DNA of 55,116 nt, the filler included, from Streblomastix strix (Eukaryota), in the NCBI GenBank assembly GCA_008636045.1. It is 2 parts of 2 records of this genome, joined end to end, with 100 filler letters (N's around TTAATTAATTAA, not from the genome) between each part and the next. Parts side by side here need not be neighbours in the genome. Positions count along the whole stretch, not along the records: positions 1 to 27,585 come from SNRW01000141.1; 1 more part is not named here. One strand, given 5' to 3'. Within the stretch, counting starts at the first letter, position 1. Every line of letters begins with the position of its first letter. Below, piece by piece: positions 14,111-26,750 of this stretch. Made by a program: the position numbers and the translations under genes. The notes under the pieces were generated by a model, which worked only from the letters and a program-made list of their open reading frames with translations, had not been told where the DNA came from and did no database searches.

Positions 14111-15337
14111 TTTTCTTAAACTGATGTTAAAATGATAGTAAACATTATATTAAGAGAATTTTAATGCATATTAATTATAAACCTCTTTTTCCTATTAAGG
14201 ATGATTATTCAGATTATGATTTCTTAAATTGAAATATCGTAATACCTAGTGTGTCTCTTTTGATCTCCCGCTTGGATACTTTAGTTTTTGATTATTCTGC
14301 TAACTCTTCTCCTCTTTTATTTTTTCGCGCAATACTGAATCTTTTTAAAATTAGCTCATTAAGAGAATATAAATTTAATAGTTTAGACATTTACTGCTAT
14401 TATTACTCCTTTGTCGCTTTGTTGAATAATTCAGCGAGAATATCTAAAAGTTTTTCTTCAGTTTCTAAAAAAAAGTAAAAATAACTTTTCAATTTATACT
14501 TAAATAATTTTACATACCAGGCAATTTTGACAGCTGATTGAAAGAGAGTCTTAACCTTTTTACTTTGACCAGAAGTTGAGAATTAAGTCATCGGTAGAAT
14601 ATTTTCCTTGGTATCTAGTAATTCATTTAATTCTTTCATTTAGATTGCCATTTTTAATTTTAACCATATTTAAATTAAGTACAAAACAATATTACGATTT
14701 TACTTCTGAAATAATCAATTTTAAATAAATATTTAGTTATTAAAAATATAATATTTAAAAAAAAGATTTAACAATAATAAAAAACTAAAAAAAATTTTTT
14801 TTAATAAAATCTCTATGGAAAAATAAATTTTAAAGATTTGATTTTAAAAAAAATATTTTCTGTTAATAAATATATGATATATATAAATTGAAACAAACTA
14901 TTTTTATTAATTTTCAATTCTTGAATTTGTAATTTGGGTTAAATATATAATAATTAAAAATTAATTTTCTGAAATATCTTTTTTAATTATTTTTTATTTT
15001 AAATTTGTAATTTTTAAAATAAATATTAAAAATTTAATTTAATATATAAATAAATAGTTTTTTTCAAATTTTAATTGAAAATTTGTTGACATTTTAATTT
15101 CAATGATAACATTTAATAAACAAATCTTTCAAAATATAAATTAGGATAAAAAATTATTAAAAAATTAAACTGTTTCGATTTTATGTATAAAAATACGATA
15201 ATTTTCAAAACTTTTAATATATTTATTAAAATATAGATTTCTAATTTTAAATTAATTACTTGTTATAAAATAATTTTTTTTCATTAAAAATTCGATTATT
15301 TTTAAAAAATTAATATAATTAAATTATAAAAAAGTAT

Positions 15338-15409
15338 CGCTCCTGCTAGGATTTGAACCTAAATTTCCAGATTCTCGGTCTGATGTGCTAACCATTGCAC
15401 TACAGTAGC
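15338..15409 (-). tRNA. tRNA-like gene with a Gln-type body and GAG anticodon (possible pseudo-tRNA), copy 1
   Basis: 72-nt cloverleaf GCTACTG TA GTGC AATGGTTA GCAC A TCAGA CCGAGAA TCTGG AAAT TTAGG TTCAAAT CCTAG CAGGAGC G; A and B boxes present; T6 Pol III terminator a few nt downstream. Confidence 0.85.
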
Positions 15410-16142
15410 CGTAATTTGACAGCACGCCAAAAATATTCAAAATTACCTCCTATTCGAATTCGCTAATATCCATAGAATGGCAAATAAATAATTATGTTTA
15501 CATTATGTGTGAAATTCGGACATTTGTGAAATTCGGGCATTTAAGAATGATTTTTACGGTTATTTTTATCATTATAACTATATATAATATAAATAAACTC
15601 AAGGAAACTTTTTTATTAATTTTCAATATTTGAATTTATGGATTGCACCAAATATAAAATTTGGAGATTATGAATATTTGCCAATTGCTAAAAGTGTATA
15701 TATGAAAGAATCACACACTATCATTACTTAACTATTAATTAATTAGCAGATTGGTAATAAAATTGCATAAGCTCTTGTACAAGCAATATAATATTATGGT
15801 GACAGTCTAGCATAGAGAGAACAAAAATATTGGTGATTCTAACTTAACTAAATACAAGTTCATAAACAATCAACGAAACAAGCCGCAGTCGGAGGTCGGA
15901 ATTCCGATATGATATAATTATTATTTTTATTTTTCCATTAATTTAGCCATTAGTCTTGTTGGCCACAGCTTTTTTTGAAAATTTCTGACTCTGTCCTCTC
16001 AATCCACCCAGTCCAATCAAAAGTCATTCACTATCCAAATCACTTACTCGTGCAATTTTCAAATATTTTATTGATATTTTATGACTCAATCAACTCAACT
16101 CATTTTATTTAAATAATAATTATTTATTTTTATTTGAAATAA

Positions 16143-16702
16143 GTGTCAGATAAATATAGGTAAAAATAGCAAAGAAGACATTTACCTTTAAATGTGCCTC
16201 CGATTACGCCACAAATTCAAGCACTACCAGATCTATTACCACTTAATTAATCATCTAGATAAACATAATAAAAATTGACATAAATATAGGGCTAATTGCA
16301 TAAATACAAGCTCGTGATTATTAGCCAATACCGTATTTAAGAACAGAAAAATAATAAATGATTTAAATATAAGAATATATGGATAGATGTAAGCACGTAA
16401 TTATTAGCTATCACCTAAATTATAAATGTAGTAATGATTATAAAAATTGATGTAAATGTAGAATTATATTGCACAAATAGAAGCATATAATTACCAGCCA
16501 TCACCAGAATTATCACTTGAACTGCAACCCGAACAACGCGAAGCTCACAAAGTGTGGAGGGAGGATTATAAACTGAATTTTAAACATTAAAAACTAAATC
16601 AAGAAACAATTAGAGAATTAGCAACTTTTTACGATCCTTAATTATAAAAAAAATATTAATGAACATAAAGACATAATTTTCATTTATTTTAGATAAAATC
16701 GG
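16143..16702 (+). pseudogene. Truncated 5' copy of the pPolB gene
   Basis: Nearly identical to 19753-20312 and cut at the duplication junction. Confidence 0.7.
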
Positions 16703-17029
16703 AGGCACATTTAAAGGTAAATGTCTTCTTTGCTATTTTCATCTTCAACCCAACTCCTATATTTATCCCATAATTTATTATAATCTTCAGTTGTTAAATA
16801 ATTAGTATAATAATATCCAACTTCAAAAGCGCTTTTACCTAAATCCTTATCTAATATTTTTTTCATATCATCCTTTGATAATATAGTATTATATGTATTA
16901 CTAAAATTATACAAATAATTCTAAGCTATTTTATATGAATTTATATTTTTTTTATTGATCAGGTTATTGTTAATCTCTTAATGCAATTTAAAATATAATA
17001 AGGAAACAAAAATAATCACCTCCATTTAT

Positions 17030-17720
17030 TAACTCATATAGTCTTTTGAATTTTTTATATGTGTTTTTATTAAATCATTATCAATGTCATAAGTGAAAAC
17101 AAATAATATTCCGTTTTTCATTACCTCGTTGATATGTAATACCATATATTTTAAGCCGTTACAGTTATAAAATTTATCAGTATCTTAACTATATGAATAG
17201 AATTCAAACTAATATAATCCATAATCATTAATAGTAATAGCGTCATCACGAATTTCATCAACATATTCATATATATATAATCAGCATTGTGTTTCGATTT
17301 ATTTTTCTAATTAGCACCATTATTCGCCCAATGAAAGTTTTATATATTATTATCAGTTTTAATTCAATTTTGTGACCAATTTATCTTTTATTAGTTGGAT
17401 CATTATTTTCAACAAATTATTCTCCAACCAATCTATGTAATAAATGTTTTTGTCTTCCAAATTTTAATATTATATATCCGCTATTGGTTTTCGTGAATCT
17501 AAGAATAATTCCATCTTATTTACTCCCTATAATCCATGTCTCGCATACTGAAACATCATATTCACAATTAGCTTTAAGATTTTACGAATATGTATATTTT
17601 TGGAAGATTCCATTATTCTCAAAAATATCATCTAAATTTATTTTTTTATTGTTGTTTTCTGATGGAATTGTTGAATTCACTTCTTACTTCTTAAATTAAT
17701 ATGATGCGTCAGAAATTATC
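17030..17720 (-). pseudogene. HNH endonuclease-like protein, copy 2
   Basis: Duplicate of 13420-14110. Confidence 0.75.
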
Positions 17721-18947
17721 TTTTCTTAAACTGATGTTAAAATGATAGTAAACATTATATTAAGAGAATTTTAATGCATATTAATTATAAACCTCTTTTT
17801 CCTATTAAGGATGATTATTCAGATTATGATTTCTTAAATTGAAATATCGTAATACCTAGTGTGTCTCTTTTGATCTCCCGCTTGGATACTTTAGTTTTTG
17901 ATTATTCTGCTAACTCTTCTCCTCTTTTATTTTTTCGCGCAATACTGAATCTTTTTAAAATTAGCTCATTAAGAGAATATAAATTTAATAGTTTAGACAT
18001 TTACTGCTATTATTACTCCTTTGTCGCTTTGTTGAATAATTCAGCGAGAATATCTAAAAGTTTTTCTTCAGTTTCTAAAAAAAAGTAAAAATAACTTTTC
18101 AATTTATACTTAAATAATTTTACATACCAGGCAATTTTGACAGCTGATTGAAAGAGAGTCTTAACCTTTTTACTTTGACCAGAAGTTGAGAATTAAGTCA
18201 TCGGTAGAATATTTTCCTTGGTATCTAGTAATTCATTTAATTCTTTCATTTAGATTGCCATTTTTAATTTTAACCATATTTAAATTAAGTACAAAACAAT
18301 ATTACGATTTTACTTCTGAAATAATCAATTTTAAATAAATATTTAGTTATTAAAAATATAATATTTAAAAAAAAGATTTAACAATAATAAAAAACTAAAA
18401 AAAATTTTTTTTAATAAAATCTCTATGGAAAAATAAATTTTAAAGATTTGATTTTAAAAAAAATATTTTCTGTTAATAAATATATGATATATATAAATTG
18501 AAACAAACTATTTTTATTAATTTTCAATTCTTGAATTTGTAATTTGGGTTAAATATATAATAATTAAAAATTAATTTTCTGAAATATCTTTTTTAATTAT
18601 TTTTTATTTTAAATTTGTAATTTTTAAAATAAATATTAAAAATTTAATTTAATATATAAATAAATAGTTTTTTTCAAATTTTAATTGAAAATTTGTTGAC
18701 ATTTTAATTTCAATGATAACATTTAATAAACAAATCTTTCAAAATATAAATTAGGATAAAAAATTATTAAAAAATTAAACTGTTTCGATTTTATGTATAA
18801 AAATACGATAATTTTCAAAACTTTTAATATATTTATTAAAATATAGATTTCTAATTTTAAATTAATTACTTGTTATAAAATAATTTTTTTTCATTAAAAA
18901 TTCGATTATTTTTAAAAAATTAATATAATTAAATTATAAAAAAGTAT

Positions 18948-19019
18948 CGCTCCTGCTAGGATTTGAACCTAAATTTCCAGATTCTCGGTCTGATGTGCTA
19001 ACCATTGCACTACAGTAGC
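18948..19019 (-). tRNA. tRNA-like gene with GAG anticodon, copy 2
   Basis: Identical to 15338-15409. Confidence 0.85.
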
Positions 19020-19752
19020 CGTAATTTGACAGCACGCCAAAAATATTCAAAATTACCTCCTATTCGAATTCGCTAATATCCATAGAATGGCAAATAAATA
19101 ATTATGTTTACATTATGTGTGAAATTCGGACATTTGTGAAATTCGGGCATTTAAGAATGATTTTTACGGTTATTTTTATCATTATAACTATATATAATAT
19201 AAATAAACTCAAGGAAACTTTTTTATTAATTTTCAATATTTGAATTTATGGATTGCACCAAATATAAAATTTGGAGATTATGAATATTTGCCAATTGCTA
19301 AAAGTGTATATATGAAAGAATCACACACTATCATTACTTAACTATTAATTAATTAGCAGATTGGTAATAAAATTGCATAAGCTCTTGTACAAGCAATATA
19401 ATATTATGGTGACAGTCTAGCATAGAGAGAACAAAAATATTGGTGATTCTAACTTAACTAAATACAAGTTCATAAACAATCAACGAAACAAGCCGCAGTC
19501 GGAGGTCGGAATTCCGATATGATATAATTATTATTTTTATTTTTCCATTAATTTAGCCATTAGTCTTGTTGGCCACAGCTTTTTTTGAAAATTTCTGACT
19601 CTGTCCTCTCAATCCACCCAGTCCAATCAAAAGTCATTCACTATCCAAATCACTTACTCGTGCAATTTTCAAATATTTTATTGATATTTTATGACTCAAT
19701 CAACTCAACTCATTTTATTTAAATAATAATTATTTATTTTTATTTGAAATAA

Positions 19753-22700
19753 GTGTCAGATAAATATAGGTAAAAATAGCAAAGAAGACATTTACCTTTA
19801 AATGTGCCTCCGATTACGCCACAAATTCAAGCACTACCAGATCTATTACCACTTAATTAATCATCTAGATAAACATAATAAAAATTGACATAAATATAGG
19901 GCTAATTGCATAAATACAAGCTCGTGATTATTAGCCAATACCGTATTTAAGAACAGAAAAATAATAAATGATTTAAATATAAGAATATATGGATAGATGT
20001 AAGCACGTAATTATTAGCTATCACCTAAATTATAAATGTAGTAATGATTATAAAAATTGATGTAAATGTAGAATTATATTGCACAAATAGAAGCATATAA
20101 TTACCAGCCATCACCAGAATTATCACTTGAACTGCAACCCGAACAACGCGAAGCTCACAAAATGTGGAGGGAGGATTATAAACTGAATTTTAAACATTAA
20201 AAACTAAATCAAGAAACAATTAGAGAATTAGCAACTTTTTACGATCCTTAATTATAAAAAAAATATTAATGAACATAAGGACATAATTTTCATTTATTTT
20301 AGATAAAATCGGTTTAAATAATGGTAGAAACAATAGAGATATAGTTATAAATGCAATATTATAATCTGAACCATTTGCAGGACTCATCAGATAAGACATT
20401 CAATAAGGCCTTCAAAACGAATAAATTATCGGTGAAACTTATGCTAAATAATTTATGCAAGAATAGAATAACAAATTGCAAATGAACGCTTAAGACGAAT
20501 AGAGCAAACAACACAATTAATAATGGGAGCAAGTTATGGAAGATTAACGAGTCAGACATGCAAATTTATTAAAAGAAATTAGATGATAAAAAATAATCCT
20601 TTAATAAAAACAAAATGAGAGAGTGTTCAAAAATGCTAAAGATAAAATAAATGAATTTAATGATGAAAATGAGGGCAAGATTTTTAGGCCAATTGATGCT
20701 CTTATCGTCCTATAGAATATGATTATGTTATGAGAGCCACAACTCGAATAAGAATAGGAAAGAAGAATAAATTTTGAGCGAAAACATTTATAAAATTAAC
20801 ACGTCAAATATGACCCATTTTATGTTCATACTATCAGCCCTACAAAAGAATATTACAAAAATGACTTGAAAACGATTGAAGATGTCGATGCTTATTTAGA
20901 TGAAATATATTAAAAAGAGTAAAAATTTGCATTCAAAATTGCATTTGATTTTGGGGTGATTATTGAACGAGTTGATGGCTAAGAAAACGATTAATAAATA
21001 ACATATAAAATTAATCATCCCATTGAAGCTAGAACAGAGATGAGAGCACCGACAACCATATGCACGCACTTAGATTTAGCGGATTATAAACGATTCATTA
21101 GAAACCACATTATTCAAATGCAAGAGAAAACCATTATGGATACTAAAGAGAAAATAGTTGGTATATTTTCAATAATGATTTAAGTATTCAGACTACCACA
21201 TGCAGGAGCTTGTGGCGGTCGAACAATACCATCATTAAAGAAACATATTATGAGGCGAGAGATTCGATATATTGACCCTGAGAAAAATAATTAAAATTTA
21301 TGTTTCTTTCTAGCATATTCATTTATTACGATGCCAGACATTAAGGCAGAGGTTGCTGCTGACAGTTCCGCTATTGCAGCAAAGTGTTTTAAGGAACATT
21401 CACGTATTACAGAATCAAAGCGATTATTTTAAAGAATCTATGGCAAGAAAATAGATGATAATTATAATGGGTTTAATTTCGCAACAGAAGCAGATTAATT
21501 TATTTAGAATGAAAATTTAAATATAAATGTGTGCGCTTACGAAGAAACAACGGCAACCTCAACGACAACCAATTCCGGAAGTTATTATCTATGGAAGCAA
21601 TATAGAAGAAACGAACAGAACGAATAAACTAAAGATTTTAATGTTCTTTTAATAACCGATACAATCAACGAAATATAAACGGCACAGGTTTTTTATATAA
21701 ATGATGTTGAGGCACTTACTGGTTTAAAATATTGTCCTATCTGTGGTGTGCAGGTTTATAAGACAAGAGATTCAAATTTATAATCAAAACTAAAAAGACA
21801 CATATAAAAATGTTAAAAAAAATGGAGGAAAGATAATAAAAAAAGTATATTTAGAAAAATTTCCAAGGCCTTATGTTCCTCACATATTAAATAATGTTAG
21901 CTATAAGTATCTTCTGGCGCAAGGTCGAGAGGATGAATTTAAACCTACTAAATATTATATAACATATGATATTGAAACCGTAGAAAGAATCATAAATGAA
22001 AAATTCGGTGATAATTCAACACAAATTTCAATACTTGAACCTCTTTCGATTGCAAGCACTATAAAAATAAAAAATAAAAGCATTGACTAAATATTTATTC
22101 TATTTATTTTGAAAATCGAACCGCTAACTTCATTAATGTTTGGAAAAAATAATTGTTTAAGGAAGCTAGGAAAGTTATTGATTCAAATAAGTATGAAGAT
22201 GATAAGATACCACAGCATTATGAGGTTCCAGTTATTGGGTTCAATTCTTCAAAATTTGAAGTCGCTCTAATTCTTAAAAATTTGTAAAGCTATGAATGGT
22301 AAATAATTAAATATTTTGGTAGTGGTTCAAATGCTAAATAAATCATCGTTGAACATAACATAACAGGAACCAAATTGCGGTTCATTGATGCGATGATTTA
22401 TTGTTCAAAAATGAAATTAAAATAATTCATAAAAGAATTCACACCAAAGGCAGCATCAGAAATTCCAACCAAATTTAAATTTCCATGTGAATTCATCAAC
22501 TACGAAAATTATGTTTAAAAGCTTGATAAATCAGAACCATTTCCCTAAGAAGCTTTCAGAAATTCAATTAGAAATAAAAACATCAGCACTATTAAGTATC
22601 ATAATTATTTGGCTGTTGCTTAGTAAATTTCGAACAGATGGGATTACCTTCGACACTACAACATTGTTGATACCCGCTTTATGATGGAGCCCGTTGATTA

Positions 22701-24693
22701 CTTAATTGATATTTTTTTCAATTATAAAATTGACATGTTGTAGTTTATGTCGATGTCAGCATGCGCCAATGCTATCAAACATGCCGTTGTATATTGGGAT
22801 TTTAAACTGGATTAAGATTATACGCCAAAAGATGATTATGCCTCATTTATTTTGAATTAAAATTATTGGAACATTAAAGTTTAAAATTATCTAGAATAAG
22901 ATAAGAAAAGAAATAGAGACACAAGCAACAATATCAAGGAATCCGATTGAGCGTTCTATAAAAAATTATTTCTAGCAACAGCATGCCACATATGCAAAAC
23001 ACGATTCACAAGCAAAAATCCTCCAACATTAGATAGAATCAACAACGACAGAGGCCATTCTGTAGATAATGTAAAACCTTGCTGCTTATTCTGCAATAAA
23101 CTTAAATCAAATAAAGATGAAAATTTAACAAGATTAGTAATATAATTAAAAAATTTCTGTCTCCAGAAGTCGCTCCCATTTACAATAACCTATGAAGAAA
23201 TATATTAAATTTTACGTTCTAGAATCACTGGAGGATTATCATAAGTCATGCATCGCTATAATGTAGCAGGTGAAACTAAAATAAATTAATTAAAATTTAT
23301 TAATAGAAAGGTCATCAGCTAAGACACAGACCACACAATGACCCATCTTTTAACAGTGGATTTCAACTGTTAATATACCAGCGTTATGGGCTCAGAGCCA
23401 CTTAAGTTCATTAAATATACAGGAAATAAATTTTACATGGCGGGGTAAATATTGGATAAAATTACTGATAAATAAACAGCAAGAAATTTAATTTATAATC
23501 CTCTACGATTTAATGACGTTGAAGGAAAGCAGCTATTTATTGCAGTTGTTAAAGGACACATCGACGAATAACGTATCAATGATTTCATTAATTTTCTTCC
23601 AATATTAAGAAATATCAATATAATGACTGATTAAAAAACGTTAGGGTCGCATATGTATAATCAGATGCTGAAAAATAATATGTAGCACAATAAAATTGAA
23701 CGAAAATTAATAAATTTATCATTAACATATGGGTAATTCATACAGTTCAATAATTATTATTTATGGCTTCTCATTGATGATTTTTATTTCATTATTGACG
23801 ATATTTAATATCTTATAGCGTTCTCGAAATACGATAGATTCAATCCGTTTGTTAATGAATTTATAAATCAAAGAATATAAGCAATCATTGAAAAAAATTA
23901 TGGAAAATAACAATTCTATAAATTTTCTATGAACTCAAGCTGTGAAATAGATGGGATGAGTTAAGAATAATGTTCGCAAAAGAAATTGATGAACTTTGAT
24001 TGGACGTGGTTGTCTCATCTCTAAGGCTTATTCGTTAATGATTAAAAACTAACTGATGATTTACTTGCAGTGTGATTTAATACTGAGAGCTGCAACTGCA
24101 ACACCTGCCTACATTCTGTGTATTTCGTGCTTGATAACAGCAAATATTGGAATGTGAATTTTATCTATAGTTTTATGTATAAAGCTATAGATATGAACAG
24201 GATGCACTATATTTGTGGTGATACTGATTCGATGACATGGGCCATCAGCCGCAAACCAGATGCAGAAGAAGGATACAGACCGAAATTTAAATATGTACTC
24301 AAGGACTAAAAATTTTTCGATGAAAATTATTCTCTTTTCTTCAAATAATATAAGCAATTATTTGGAATCAGTTATGAGGCAGAAGGAACGGCTTGCATTG
24401 CTTTAGCTCCAAAAATTCATTACATTTATAATCCCTTACCTAATGAGAAAGAAAAGGATTATAATTATTGTTTGAAAGGAATAATTTAAAAATAAAATGT
24501 TCAATTAAACGACGAAGCATTTAAATAATAATTAAATGGTGAATAAATTTACGCTCAAAATATTATTCTTGGGTAAAGAAATAAATAAATGTCAATATAA
24601 AATAAATTGAAAAAATTATTAATTGTTATTCCTTTTAATAAAGAATATTAAAGTTGGATGTTTAAGAGAAATAGGCATCTTCAAAATAAATGA
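19753..24693 (+). pseudogene. Protein-primed family B DNA polymerase (pPolB)
   Basis: ExoI TYDIET (~21962), ExoII VIGFNSSKFE, ExoIII YLRHYNIVDT, ITGGLS, degenerate motif A DFNCQYTS, degenerate motif B KFSMNSSC, motif C YICGDTDSM (~24210), LAPK and KG motifs; several frameshifts and TGA codons. Confidence 0.92.
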
Positions 24694-26750
24694 TAAGTTT
24701 TTAAAATATTTAACTAAATTTAGCAACGACTATAAAAATTAAAATCAAGTTATTGGGTAAAAATAATATACTTTCCAAAACCGTCCAGTTTGTCAATTTC
24801 AGGAAATGCGAAATACGTTTCTAGAGCGAAACTTCAAAAGTTAATATGAAAATTTGAGGTCCGCCCCGCAATACAAGTAAATTAGATGTAATATACAATT
24901 CAATATGCTCAAGACCTGGTTAAAAAAAATGCGGGTATTTTGACCTATTTAATTAATTAAATATTTACAATATTTTAGAAAACTGATATAAATCATGGTT
25001 AAAAGTAATAATTATTTTCAAATATCTTTTAGTTATTTTGTAAGCAGAGATATCGCAGAATTTATGAGAAAACCATTTGATTATGAATATAATTAAAATT
25101 TTGTATTATACATGCTTGGTAATTATTAAATGAAGAGAATGTTGAAAAAATGCTATAATTATTAAATAAATGAATTTGCGAAAGTCAGCATGTTTATTTT
25201 AAATTATATACCAGTTTTTCTCAAAATATTTATGCTAATAAATACATATTTTAAGCAAAATAAATAAACAATATATAGATATAAATTTATTAGCGTTTTT
25301 TTTTAAAGTTTTTGGCAGAAGAGAACGTGATAAACAAGGAATTTAATGCTAAGTGATTTGCATCAAAATTCTACAGGATATTCAAATAATTTTGTTGTTA
25401 TTGTCATTTATTTCAATCAATTTTCCATAAATATAAAAATAATATTTAGAATAGGAGAAGTGGTATACTACCTATCAGAAGAATGATGCATCAAAAAAAA
25501 TTTGAATATAGAATTCATCAATAAATTACAGCAATCAAAAATAAATTTTCATTTAAAATTATTAATTTAGTGCTGTTAATTTTCGACATATTCGCTCGTT
25601 CAAGCCATTTTAGCTTCGTTGAATTCGACAAATAAATATTTTTTGAAAAAAATAAAAAAAATTAATTATGAATTAAATTTAAATTAATTATTTAAATATA
25701 ATTTTGCAAATTTTATATTTTTGTTGTACAATTATGAAAATATTGTTTAAAAATTTGAAATCGGAACTTCTAGGAAATTTAAGTTAAATTTAAAAAATTC
25801 CATTTTTCAAAATTTATCTCTTATTCAAGAATAGTTAACATATTTATCTGGTGAATATTTAGATAAATATATGTTAAATATAGAATATATTTAAAGAATA
25901 GTAAACTGGGTTGTTTATAAGTTAGAAAATCTGCAAATGTCGAAATTGACATGAAATTTCCCAATATCGAATTCGACATCAAATTAAATTTTATTAAATT
26001 TGTATAATTTTAATAAAGTTTGATAATTACAATCATAAATTTTTCTCTCATATAAGATGGTATCAAAAATACTATAAAATATTCATTCATACAGTGATTT
26101 GTATGGCCTAACTTAAGTGCGTGCTAATTCCTTTGAATTATTTTGATTTTAAAAAAAAGTATTTATTTTTGATTTTAATTAGTAACATATTTAATGCTAG
26201 AAAAATGTATTTTTGTATAATTATAAAATTTACTCTATATATAAGATTTTTTTATTTTTTTAATTTTATTGTTATGAAATCAATCAAATTTAATTTGTTA
26301 TAACGAACTTTCTACTGATTTATTGAACATTACACAACAAAAATATATTTTTTTATTTTTTAAAACTATTTTTATAAAAATATACTAAAAGTAGAAGGTA
26401 TTTCTCAAATAATTTATTCAAAATTTTTGCTTATCCAACTTTTTAAATAATAATCTACTAATTTTATCAATATATATTTAGTAAATTTTTTCGATTTAAT
26501 CTTAAGTGTTGGGAGTTTGCAAACCATAAAATTATTTCTTTAATTTATATATATATTATTCACTTGTTAATAGTACTTCTTACATATAATGTTAATATAT
26601 GTCAAATATTCATATTAGCTGAGATAAATTATATTTTTAATTTTTAATTATATTAAAAAAAAATAATAAAAAAATTTCAATTATTTTTAAAAGTAGTTCA
26701 TTCGTAAAATAATCATTTATTTTATTATTCATTACAATATCAAAAATACA

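Larger units (their letters stand above)
13125..16702 (+). repeat. Copy 1 of a 3578-bp near-identical tandem duplication
   Basis: Matches 16735-20312 at a constant offset of 3610; the ORF track is duplicated too (13874/17484, 14251/17861). Confidence 0.97.
16735..20312 (+). repeat. Copy 2 of the tandem duplication
   Basis: See copy 1; this copy continues naturally into the rest of PolB. Confidence 0.97.
1..24693. mobile_element. Degraded endogenous Polinton/Maverick-like dsDNA virus (termini not identified; left part runs off the window)
   Basis: Dense cluster of mostly intronless code-6 ORFs: A32-like ATPase, capsid-like protein, fibre-like repeat protein, rve integrase, HNH and pPolB. Nearly all carry TGA stops or frameshifts. 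It could be two adjacent elements split by the AT-rich tRNA region. Confidence 0.85.

Noticed and set aside
15338..15409. The tRNA as the TAA/TAG-decoding Gln tRNA
   Set aside because: The anticodon reads GAG, not TTA or CTA.
13125..20312. The 3.6-kb repeats as LTRs or Polinton terminal repeats
   Set aside because: They are direct, adjacent, cut through genes, and joined by an inverted template-switch fragment.
24700..26740. Possible Polinton terminal inverted repeat after PolB
   Set aside because: No recognisable terminal motif or partner repeat in the window; very AT-rich with no supportable ORF.
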